This document shows positions 39,648 through 50,950 of a stretch of DNA of 64,000 nucleotides, one piece after another. The stretch is from Raillietiella orientalis. Its lineage: Eukaryota. Below the pieces are notes generated by a model that was given only the letters and a program-made list of their open reading frames with translations, was not told where the DNA came from and made no database searches. The position numbers and the translations under genes were made by a program. The stretch spans positions 1,302,001 through 1,366,000 of the forward strand of contig JAYWIR010000028.1 of the NCBI GenBank assembly GCA_036172245.1, written 5' to 3'. Position 1 is the first letter of the stretch, and each line of letters opens with the position of its first letter.

Positions 39648-42199
39648 GAACTTCTTCTCTTAGAAAGACCCATTCTCATCCGTGGGTAGCTGGATCAGGA
39701 TCATTCATCGTAAAGTTCTTCTCGCAGTGAGTATGATTTTGCGTGTATTTTCTGACATTACCTTTTAGATAAGGCCTCAGAATCCTAAATGTTTCGCCAC
39801 ACGGAGGATTCGATGCAGCTTTCGGTTTTGAGTGAATTCGAATGCGAAAAAAAAACTCTGTTGCGAACGAGTGGTTCCGAATAAATGCCCTCGAACACTT
39901 CCTCACCTTCATTCCTCTGGAGGCTTCCTTCTGAGAAGCTGGAAGGGGGAACTGTGAGATGAGATTTCGGATGAGGAAGTGCATTATTTCATCTCCTCTG
40001 ATTTCCTAATTTTCCCTAACAGTTCTTATAAGACGGTAGCTGCAGGCTATAAAAACGACAAATCTCACGCCACTAGAAGATTGCAGGGGTTGCAGCTGAG
40101 ATCAAAAACAGAGATTGCAGTGTCTCCACAAATAAGCATTTCTTACTAACATCCACGCCATAATGAAATAAAAAGGCATTTTTCTTCGCCTATTTTCTGA
40201 AAAAAAAATTTTTTTTTTTTTTTTAAAAAATACGTATTTGGATGCTTTTTCCCATAAAAACTCATATGTTCCAACGAATTCCATTTAATTTACTTTCATC
40301 AATTATCGTTGTGATGAAATCCAATCTTCGAATTCTCAATTATGACTATTTTGCAGATTCCCAACGGATCGGAGTATCGAACTCAATCCATTCCTATGTC
40401 TGCAAAGGGGAAAAATCGAATTCCAGAATGCGATTGAAGTTCTGATTTCGATATCCATCTAATTGAACGGCCACGCACTGTCATCCCCACACATTTATAG
40501 AGCAGGAAAGCCCTCGATCCATAGTGCAGGGCGTTTACAAGAGTTAATTAGCATGTGTCTGCTCATTTTCATACCATTTCATTGGGAGGAGCACTTAAAT
40601 TCGGCCGTGCCGTCCCAGAATGAGGAACGTGACATGAGTAAGACGGGAAATTCCGTTCCATGAATGAGTGCAATAAGAGTATGGCAGCATTACTGTGTTC
40701 ACTACTACTATGATGAGATGCTTTTTTCTCTCCCCTCAGGGAGGAACTGCGAGATCAGCCATACGCAATCTCGTTCGGATGAACGTTTGCTACTCTTTGT
40801 CAGGCCAGAAGAGTGCTCCGGAAGAGGAAAAAGCAGTCAACGCCGGAACCTCCATTACCGAGCTTTATTAGATTCAAGGATGAACGGCCGCTGTTCAAGA
40901 TGGATTGAATGATTTTAGCCTCCACTCTCCACAAACAATATGTGCTAGATCAAGTTGTAGAGGCTTGTGGACAATAAGAGGACGGAGAGATGAGTCGGAT
41001 TCAGATGAGAGTCAGGTTACAGAGAGGGATTTTTTTTTTTTTTAATGAGAACGTTTCGGAGAAAGGAAATCTGAGGAACTGACGTGTGCTGTCAGTAAAT
41101 AATGGTTTTACTAAGCGAGTTTTAGAGTTGGAGTTCTGACCCTAAATAAGGGGGGTGAGGGGTGGGGGGCATTTTCCAATTTTGGGGCTGACTTCTCGGA
41201 ATCTCGCACGGTCTGTTGGAGTCTCATTAGATTCTGCTCATTCGATTCCGAAATCCTCCTTATGCTGGCATCTCAGAACACTTATGAGAAGAGAATGCTG
41301 AAAGGATGGAATTGAATAGCTTCCATAAAATTTGCACTGCTCATCACTGACTCCTCAAGAAAGGTCGGGAAAGATCGAAGGTCACCTTGAAACGGCTTTA
41401 AAATTCAAAGCCTTAGGTGACACATCGAGTTCGTAAAATGGTACGTCTTTCGTATGCTTTCTCTCTTGGGTTTTTCACCCGGAAGTGCCGGGGCACTTAT
41501 TATTTAAATTCTAACAGAATAAAATTTTCTAATAAAGTCTTTAGGTTCATTCAGGCAGACCACGTGGTTCCGCCTGTCTGGGAACACTTGTCTTTACCGG
41601 CCCTGAGGCCGGTGAGGTTCTCTTCGCTAGCGAAGGGGAAGGGAAAACAGCAGAAAAAAAAAAAAAAAAAAAAAACCACGAAAAAGATATCTCTCTTAGG
41701 TATCCGTCAGTTACAGGTTTGAAGTCTAAAAAGACTGAAGATAAAAATGCGATCATACCGTTATGCGCTGTGCATCTCAGAATGCTCATGATGTAAGAAA
41801 GATTGTTCGTGGTCATCGGAATTTTTCTGACCATGATTCAGAAAGCTCGAGCTGAAGAGGAGAGCAAGGAACGTGGCAAGGAACGAAACACACACATCCT
41901 TTAGGACTTTCTAATGAAGCTCATCATCTGTCATGAGGAAAAGGCATAAGTTGATTGTGCGAAAGAGAAGCGACCTATTCAACAATTTTAAATATCTGCA
42001 TTTTGATAGATGTAAGGGAATGAGCTCTTAAAATAACAAAAGAAACAAAAAGACATCTATCGATAACCTACAATCATTCAATTTCTTTTTTGCTGGTCGG
42101 CGAATGGTTTTCAACTCGGATACACAACAGCAGAAGTCACGAGTAGGAGTAGAACTCTACCTTGGGTAGTATAGGTCCCGTGGCAGTCCAGTGGCTATG

Positions 42200-43720
42200 C
42201 CACAGGACCATCAGAACCACCAAATGCCATTGAATGCTCGGGATGCAGAAAGTATGTTTCTCGAGTTCCTTCTTGGGCGATGTTCCTTCTGATTTTCCCG
42301 TTGAAATTCAAGGCGCCAATGAAGGCACTACAAACATCTGAAGGATGGTCCTCCTTAATGATGCTTGGATCGAAGCTGATTCCTTCAAACATCAATTCTG
42401 GATACTTGTGCACGTAAATGTTCCCTACTCTTACAGCATCCTGTTTATGCACCAGTGCGAATGTCTGGGTTCTGGGTGCAAATTAAGAAACAAAGATTCA
42501 TACCAGGAACCGTTTTACATTGGGAAGTGCCGCTCGTGGTTCGCTGCCAACCCAAATAGGATGGATCTCCTGATAGGGCAAAAGCATTTGTCTGGAAACG
42601 AGGAAGCATACTTGTGTTTTAGAGCTGTCAAATTCCAAAAGGGTCCAATGGCACCAGGCGATATCTCTTTGTTTTGATTTCAAGGCATCCGGGCAAATCG
42701 AGAGGAACAGTTCAGCGTTTTGGGGTATTCCTGCTCTGAAATCGAAAGTCCACACTAATCGTCTCTTCCATCAAAGCAAGACCTAAATTCCTGAGGTACT
42801 CCTTCTATCTGGATATTCTCGCCTGTGACGTGCGCATGTTAACGTAAATGACCATCTAAATCCTATCCACAATAGTGCATTTAATGACCGCTGTACTCCT
42901 AGGATGCTCGTTGGAAATTCTAAAATCAACCGTACATGTTCTTCCAGTATATTCCGTTGGTTTATCGATGGACTGCATCGGCTCCATCTCCTCGCGAGAT
43001 CAGTATGAAACTTTCTTTCTCTCTCGTGCTCGGTTTGCCTCGGATGCTCGGTTTGTGCTGCAGAGGAGCTTGCAGATAGTTTGTGTGAACGCCTGTGATG
43101 CAGAAAAGTCAGAAGTTATCCATCAGGAAAACAGAGTGCAAAGATTCTGTGAGCAGGGAAACTAATTCTCCTCTTTGAAATGGAGCACCACATCGTTGTC
43201 TTCCGGAATTGAAACTTTTCTCTCGTGGGGAAATTTCTTTCCCTCCTATTCGCTGTATATCCTTTCATATAGTCTGAATCGACTCCCTGCCCTATTGCCC
43301 CATTTCTCACTTGCATGTGTTTCGATTCCTACGCTTTATATGAACACCTAACCCTATTATAACACTCTGCCCTTCTACTTCCTTTCATAACGCCTTTATC
43401 TTCCATAAATTCGATGCGAATTCTCGGTTTGCTTCTGTTTTCTCTTTTTCTGTTTCTTCTTCTTTTTTTCCTTCGAATCTTCCCTTCCTCACAGCATCAG
43501 TGCAAAGAAAAAATGGAAGGGCTGATTGTCATTTTCTTGAATTCCTATTCAATACCGAGATCATCCCAAGTAAGGCATCTCATCGCAGAACCAGAGCTGA
43601 CGAAGATGCCATTTTTATTATTTCACATCAACAGATCAATGGGCATACCGAAGGAATGCCATTTATATGTTGTCAAGGTGCATGCATTCTCCCCCACCTT
43701 CTCTCTTCTACATCACACGA
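42200..43720 (-). mobile_element. Decayed AT-rich CR1/L2-like ORF2 relic in the spacer (internally deleted and frameshifted)
   Basis: Minus strand: PIDLLM (APE end-like), ERNFPTREK, VDFRIS, YVNMRTSQARI, GVPQ (42791-42802), IAWCHWTLLEFDSSKTQVCFL (cf. WxxxWxLxFNxSKTQ) and IYVHKYPELMFEGISFDP. Confidence 0.55.
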
Positions 43721-44279
43721 AGGAGGCTTTTTGCACCGAGTCAGCGAGAAAGACGGTCAGTCTCTCAGTAACAGCATACAAATCTACGCGTGGTGAACGG
43801 GTCACTCCGGAGAGAATGAGGAAGGAGAGATTCCCTTCGGGGTTCCCCTTCGGAGACAACCAGGGTGGGAGGTGCGATCCCCCCCATCCGGGGGGGATCC
43901 CTCTCCAAGCGTGAGAGGAACGTACTCCGAGCCCTTCCTGACCCTTCATAGGGCGGACCCCATCCCGGGGTGCCCCCTATCTTGAAGAATTAGACGCCCT
44001 CCTGCGGGTTGCCGCAGGCAGAGAGGCGTGGAAACAAAACGGTGTGTTTAAAAGAGCCACGAGCACCACGAGGCACGCGACCGGTTCTGAGGTACTCAGC
44101 CAACCAAAAAAAGAAAACTCTTAAAAAAAAAAAAAAAAAAAGCTGGAACGAAAACAGCAAAGACAGAAGAAAAAGAACCCAAGGATTTCCATCGTCGAAA
44201 ATACAGCACTCTGCATGGAGGAAATGTTTCAGTATTCACCATCTAAAAGTGCACTGTCCTTAATGTCTTCGAATGTTCG

Positions 44280-47232
44280 AGATGATCCGGTTGAGCGAGA
44301 CCTCATCCACTCCATATAAGTTGCATGTTATCTCTCTGGAGGTCTTCAAGACGAGGCATCAAATCAAGAGGAGAATGAAAGGAGTGAAAATGAGTGACGA
44401 GAGAATGAGCTGGTTTAGGTCAGCATCTGCTGTTGAGGAAGAATGAGGAAAAACGGAGAGAGAAGGAGGCATACAAAAAACTTCCTTTATCTTTAAGTTT
44501 GCTATCAGAGCTGCGACAGACCCACAGGAATATTACTCCTTCGCCAAGAACCAGAAGGCTCCGAAGGAGAACTATTTTTCTCTGTCAAATCAGAAAGCCG
44601 AAGCTGAGGCCACGAGTAGAGGGTGGCTGGCCGCTAACGAGTCCCTCAAACGATTCCAAGGGAACAGGGGACAAATGGAGTTTTTTGAAAGCATAGGCCG
44701 ATGCCGACGATGCTCTAAAATTGATGATTGCATAAAATGGATTCATAAAGTGACATCTAAATGTTAGAGAGCAAGGGAAATCTCCCCTCTGCTATGCCTG
44801 TGATCATCTTTAATACGGTCAGGATAGTTGCCTGCGAAGATTGCCTCTTAAATTGAAGGTTTTATTGCATGCAAACTGTTAAAGCTCTGGACGTCATTCA
44901 GGATCTGTCGGGAGTTTCATAAACATGCTTCAGTACAGTATTTAAGAAACCAGTCGAAGTAGGCCAGAGACAACCGAGGAAGAGGGATGGTAAGAGTGCA
45001 TTCCCGGAAATCACAATGCAATTGAAAGCTTTGACAAAAGAACATCTCGGTGGAAGTGCACGCTTTGAAGTCGGAACACTTTTGACGATCCTATGCACAC
45101 AAGTGTGGAATATGCCTCAAAGAGAGGCAAAGAAAGAGACTGCAAGATAATAGACGCACGCTTATGAAGTTTGGACCACAGAGAAGGAGATTCATAATTG
45201 AATGAGGCAGCCACCCAGAAAATAGCATCTTGGAGAAGAAAGAGGCATACAATAAAAAGAAATTTGGAAGGACAACGATTCTAAGCTTACACTCAGGAGT
45301 TGCGTTGAGCTTCACCACGTGAGCCTCGGTAGTCGATAGCCTTGATCCCCGTTGCCATAAACGACAAGCGGAATCTTCTGACTTCTGCCGCTTCAGTCGC
45401 CACAATAAAGTGTACTTTCTTTCCGAATAAACAAAATTATCTTAGTGCACTCCTAAACACACGTACGTGACGCACATGCCCTCATGGGTGCATCCATATT
45501 CCGCGAGCAGCACGGGTCGGTCATTCGCCGCGCCTTCTGCTGGATTGCAATGCACTTCTTCCGGGATTGGGTACGCCTGTCTTCAGCGTCTCCGCATCAC
45601 CGTGACGATCCAAGAAGCTTGTCAAGAAGATTCTTTCTCCAGAAAGAGATGCCCGTCACCACAATCGTATCCATTTTGTGGCATGTCAGCAAGCTAAGAT
45701 AAGCTGAAGGCAGCGAAAGGATAAGAACAGCAAAATAGTATAACCAGTGAAACTGCTGTCCCAGAATCCTCCTTACGAGCATAGGAATGGCTTCATCTAC
45801 CGTACGAAGAGAAAAGAGAAATCTCCTGTACCTGACGCAAACTCTCCAGTAACTGATGGGAGAGGAAGCGATCCTAGTCAGCTCCACAATTACTCATATT
45901 CTAATTACTTCTTCCCCCCCTTTTATCCCTGTAGCCTTCTCCCATACACGCGTGAATGCGACGAAAGAGAGGTATCTCTTGCAATGGACTCCGTTGAAGT
46001 CAAGCATCCTGCTGCTCTGCTTCTCTTTCTATTTTCACTATGTATCTAAGCATCTAGCGACTACGCAACCACGGCAGAGCACAGAAGTCAAAGAGACTCT
46101 TCACGGCAGCTTGGAGATCACTGCCGGGAGCAACATACTTGCAGGATATGATGCTGTGGAGAGCAGCACAGATCACGGATACGAAATCACCTCAGGTGTC
46201 ACGACCTCGCCTTTCAAAGAGACGGAAGAGGCGAACCGAAATCAGCGATATCCTCAGACCTCAAACGCCTTCACTCGGAATCCGAAGTTTAGCAGACGGA
46301 CGGTCTTCCGAACGCTCCCTTCGAGCACGCGTACGACTCTTTGGGGAAACATGGAACGACTGGAAGGAATCAGCCTACGCTTAAGGTACACTTCCCACAG
46401 CAACGAAGCAACCCCTCTGGCCTTTGCAGGTCAGCGAAGAGGCAGTTCTCTTCCCCACATTCGACGTGGGAAAAGCTCTTCCGGAAATGGTCACGTGCTT
46501 CAGCGGGTGGTCCCGCTGCACTTCCACCGCTCGTACGGAAGCAGGCGCGTCTCAGATGCACAAGACGACCCCGGACGGGTCCTTTCAGCGGAACGGAACG
46601 GAAGGGGAGAAGGACCAAGCGCCCCGGATAGGTGCACTTTCGAAGGGGCCACAGCCACTCGTTCGCATCGCTCTCCCCATTCCTTCCCGCTGCATTCCTT
46701 TTCTCCAGAATCCACATCCCCATATGTCTGCAATCGATGTTCCTTTTCCCGTACTGGAAAGCGTTCGTTTCGTTATGCCTTGCGTAGCAGAACCGCCGTC
46801 GACAGCGCTAAGCTCCTTTTCTTTTCTTCCTCCCCCTCAGCACACGGGAAGTCAGGACCGCTGCACATCGGGATCGCCTACTTTCGCAGCACGTGGCTCG
46901 CAACACAAGAACGAATCTTCCTGCTGTCTGCACCGGCTTCTTCCGGAATACCTTCTTCTTCACGGAAAACGGGACACGTTTCACGCTTCCCGGTGTTTTT
47001 TCATTCGAAGGCATCCGACCCCTGGACGAAGAAGGCGCATCCCGTCCCGCACCACCTCCGACCCAACGGGAAGTCTCCTGACTGCCTCATCTCAAACACG
47101 AAGAGTAAACGTTGCGTCTGCATGATCTTCCCTGGAGCTGTGCAACCTCCGGGAAAGAAGGAGTCCTGTACCAGCAGCAGCTCGCTCCCACGACAGGGGA
47201 CGCAGAAAACGCTCTCGGAGGCTCTCGTGTGA
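44280..47232 (+). mobile_element. Decayed CR1/L2-like LINE, mirror counterpart, crossing from the spacer into the right arm
   Basis: APE-like DLSGVS*TCFS (44902-44934, cf. DIIGVSETWF), FTT*ASVVDSLD (45311-45346, cf. PTR..LD) and FSRHNKVYF (45392, cf. SDH). Tether IRTAK*Y (45721-45741) and DPSQLHNYSYSNYF. These lead into the same RT relic as the left arm (ORF 45856-47232; YPQ at 46249, TAVD at 46792-46803). Confidence 0.65.
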
Positions 47233-47499
47233 CAAACAGGACCTCTGTTTTCCCCCCTCGAGCACTCGCTCAGACATCGACAGACACCCAGAGACCATGC
47301 AGCCCGAGCACGTGCGTCACGGGACAAAATTCCACCCGGCGACAACACCATGCATACAGAAAAGTGCATGCCGTCGTTCAGGGAGAAACCAAAACACTCA
47401 CACTGCGATGCTGCTGCCGGCAAACGCGCAGCCTTTCCGATGAGGTCCGTCACCGCAAATGCCAGCGACGCCACCAAGCAGCATGGCCTTCCATCATGC

Positions 47500-50400
47500 A
47501 GGGAGGAAACATCCGCTCCGACCAAGCCGACTCGGAACGAGGAGCTCACCGAGAAAAACACGCGGGCCGTGCGAGCAGCAAAGATCGCAAGAGCCCGATG
47601 CTCGAGGAAAACACGGGAAGCCGCCGCAATACCCACGATAGAGAAGAAAATTGGGGAACAAGTGTCACTCCGTCGAGGGGAGGGGGTGCTTTTCAACACG
47701 CAAGGACGAGAAGGCAACACGGCGGGGACACGTGCGATGGAGCGAATCTTCCCTCGGGAGACATCCAGCGCAGCACCCGAGCACCCTGGATTCCAACCGA
47801 GTTTCACTCCCGGAGTAGGACTCCCGGATCGACCACATCGCACGGCGGCGAGCAGCGCCGCGGACTGTGCACGACTGAGCGCCTGAGAGGACGTACCTGC
47901 AGCGTGGCGTGCGCTTCTTGCGCCAGCCGAAAGCCACGAGCGCACGCCGCCGCGGGTCGCATCCCTCCGATCCGGCGACTTCCGATCTCGACCTCCGGTT
48001 GCCGTCTACCAGCACCGCTCTTCGCCCGGACGGCACGTCGAAAGGCGGCAATCGGTTCTGCGCGGGCGCGCGCCACCGACAGGCACCCGCGCCGCAGCAC
48101 GGTACCACCCCGCGTTCTCCACGGCCTGCGAAGAAACCATCGGGGAGAAGGACCTGGATTTCCGGACAGGATTGGCCATCCTACTCACGTCAGAGGCGTC
48201 CGGGAGCACTCCAGCGCCAATCGTCTACGCACCCTTCCCTACGCTACCACGAGTCACCAGCGTCGTAACTCACAGCGCTGCAGCCTTTGGGAAGAAGGAT
48301 CGTGTCCGAAGGAGACGAAGGCGCACGCATCACCACGCGGGACCGGGGAACGGGCAGCTCGAGACACGTGGGACGCATCTCTGGAACGCGAACACGGTTG
48401 CGGCAATCGGCGCTTCCAGGACGCTCGTTCGTCCGTCCGAACGAGCGGGCAAGCGGACGGGCAGCGACCTCACGCGGGAGCGCCGGACGAAAGCGCAGCG
48501 CGGGCCGGCGGGGGCGGCGACGCGCCTACAGGTTGGAGGGTCGCCTACAGCGGCCTAGCTGGCTGGAAGACGGGCAGGGCGCGCGCTTGGAGGGCGTCTG
48601 AGTCGGTGCAGAAGAGCTGCCGGCAGCAGCAAGGGATCGCCGCGAACGTGCTGCACGCATCTCCCCGGCCGCCCCCGCTCGGAAGCGGCCGACCTGGACA
48701 CTTGGCGGAGGGTGCTTCGTCACCCCACCCCTCGCGATTCAAGCGAAGATGGCAGGCAGGAAAAGCGCGCGCGCCGATTGATCGCCGCATCCGTCCCCGT
48801 TCCCGAGTCGGACACAGGCGGGAACGGTGCGGACGATCTGCCTTCCTTTGCTGTGCAGGAAAGCGCCGACGGTGGCGCCGCAGCTAGGGAAAGCCCGCTC
48901 CAGCTGCAGGGGACAGCACCTGGGCTTTCCCCGAACAAGTGTCCTCCAGCTCGCGCGACATTCGATCCCAGGAGCAGCTCGCGAAGCGCTCACGAGCACA
49001 GGGAAAAGCCTCTCCCTCGTGGCGACGGCGAGAAGGTGGCGAGCGTGTGGGCGTGCAGGGCAGCGCCCGAGCTCAAGCGAGGTCGCAACAGCCGCGGACG
49101 CCCCGTGCGTCTGCAAGCGAGCGGCGCCCACTTGGAGCGGAGAAGCAGAGCGCGCGGCGGGCGAAAGGAGCGAATCGCGCGTGCGTGCCGTCGTCAGGTC
49201 GGACGCCACCGCCCTCTCCTGCTCCCTCCTTTCTCTTGCGGTCAACTGCGGGAAGAGCGAGCCACGAGGAGCTTACCGGTCGCCTAGCAGTTGGCGATCC
49301 CTTTCACGATCCGTGGAAGACGGGACGGCGCAAGCGCGGAAAATTTCTTGGTACATGCGAGACCGGTCACCAGTGCCAGCGGTTCCGCGCCGCAGCGGAA
49401 GAGGAACGAACATCCGGGCAGGGAAGCCTGGTGGACGACGCAGCTGAACGGCAGCTCCTTCGCGGACGAAGGCGTCCCCGTGCAACTACCATGGAGTCCA
49501 GGGATGCCAACCTTCGGAAGCCGCTGCGCGCTTTCCCGGGACGCTTTCCTGTTGCCAGCAAACCCTGCCGAGAGCGTCGCTCTTCAAGCTGCGGAGAGGC
49601 GGGCGCGCGGATTTCGAAGACTGCCGGGCGCGGGGCGAGGGAGGAGTGCGCAGCCGCTACCCCGCGGCGACTTCCGGCTGCCGGGCAGCAGCGCACCCGT
49701 CGGGCGGCAGGCTGACGGACAGGGAGCGCGCCGTGCGTGCGACCGCGCTCTAACAGTTTCTTCCGACCGCAGCGCGCGCGATCGACACGCGTTGTCCTGG
49801 AGCTCGACGTCGCGGAACTCCTGCCAACCGACGGATGGCAACGCTGAGCCGCTTCCGCGGCCGTCGGCAGTCGTGGAAGCGCACGAAGGGGAAGGCGTGC
49901 CGCAGGGATGCTTGGGGAGCGCGCCTCTTGCACAGGCGACGACCGATTGCTCTCCCTGTCCGGTGGCGCGCTCGACGGCGCCATGGGCTGATGAGATGCA
50001 CCGCCTACTCGTAGAGCTGGAGAACGCGGACGGAGGCGAGCACCACTTTCCCGCGTTCGGCTGCGCGGAAAGCAAAGGCTAGTCGGATGCGCTACTGAGA
50101 AGCGCAGTTGCGAGGGCGACCGAAAGAGATGCCAGAGGGAGGCGAGGCAGCGGCGCGCGTCCCCAAACTTCAATCTCCCGCTTGCTGCCGACGGCGGACT
50201 CCAGCGGCAGGTACGGACGGATGCCGCCGCCAGCGCTCGCCCGCAGCCTCGAGAGGCGCCACGAATACCCGGCACCGAATGCGTGCATCTGCGCGCGCAT
50301 CTCATCGATGGAGAAGGGAACGCAGCGCTGGAGGCGCGCCAGCAGAGGGCAGGCTTTGCAGATCCGCCGCCGCCCAATCTCGAAGAGGAGCTCCCGAACA

Positions 50401-50950
50401 GGTTCAAGTCGTTCAACGTGCGCCGCGGGAGGCCGAGGTGGTGGCCGGTCGTCCACCGGCTCTCTGCCACCTCCTCGCCCGGTCCTTTCTACTGAAGGAT
50501 TCTGCCCGATGAAGCCACGTGACGGCAGCTGCGGGGGCGATGCTGGTGCGTTATGACGGAAGGGCCGCCTCGTGCGAGCGAGGGCGCAGCAGCGATCTAC
50601 CGTCATCGGGTCGTTGGCAGCGCGTTGCCGGGCCCAACCAGAGAGAGCGGATGTCCCTTGCTGCGGTCGCTGGACATGGGACGGTGTTTGAATTGCTCGG
50701 TCTGCAGGATATGGAGAAGGCGCTGCGGTGCAGCGATTGGTGCGGTGCGATCCTCTTGCTCGAAACCCAATCATCCGAGGGCTTCTGTCCGTGGTCACAG
50801 TGGCGGCGCGCTCCTCCGCCTCGGTTCATGCGCGCCGTCGCTTCTCGGATTTCTTTCCCGCGGGTTCGGCTGTCGGCAGCTGACGAGATGGGAAGCGCCA
50901 TCGGAAGGAAGAGCGCTCTTCTATGCCGATGCAACTTTCGTGACGGAGGC
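47500..50950 (+). mobile_element. GC-shifted, nearly complete CR1-like LINE relic (ORF1 end plus ORF2 APE-RT-C-terminus), right-arm copy
   Basis: One frame from 47350 to 50556 with only isolated stops. Motifs in order: NEELT (47536, cf. ORF1 NEDLT), LLAPAESH (cf. IIAITESW), IVYAP, DTWRRVL, LIAASVP, VPxxxxxxxxxPTF, SVALQAAER, GDFR, exact GVPQG (49894-49908), WADE (49984-49995, cf. F/YADD), RRPISKRSS (cf. VRPILEYxS). After a frameshift come DLPSS and RISFPRV (50846, cf. SFFPR). Confidence 0.7.

Larger units (their letters stand above)
37265..46004. other. Spacer of the palindrome (8,740 bp, AT-richer, contains poly-A/T runs and LINE debris)
   Basis: Near-identity between the arms stops at 37264/46005. 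Sampled lines are about 38-42% GC. Runs include A22 at 41654-41675 and A19 at 44123-44141. Confidence 0.93.

Noticed and set aside
47112..48887. 591-aa ORF (mirror 34380-36155) and the many other 200-440 aa ORFs in the arms as functional genes
   Set aside because: They are Arg/Ala/Gly/Pro-rich, overlap in all six frames and have no domain signature. They are expected from stop-codon depletion in GC-rich DNA. The motif-bearing LINE frame here is a different one.
48800..49640. SF2/NS3-like helicase reading (SFADEGV; AERRARGFRRLPG resembling motif VI)
   Set aside because: There is no valid Walker A or DExH at the right spacing, and the same residues fit the LINE RT N-terminal blocks leading to exact GVPQG and WADE.
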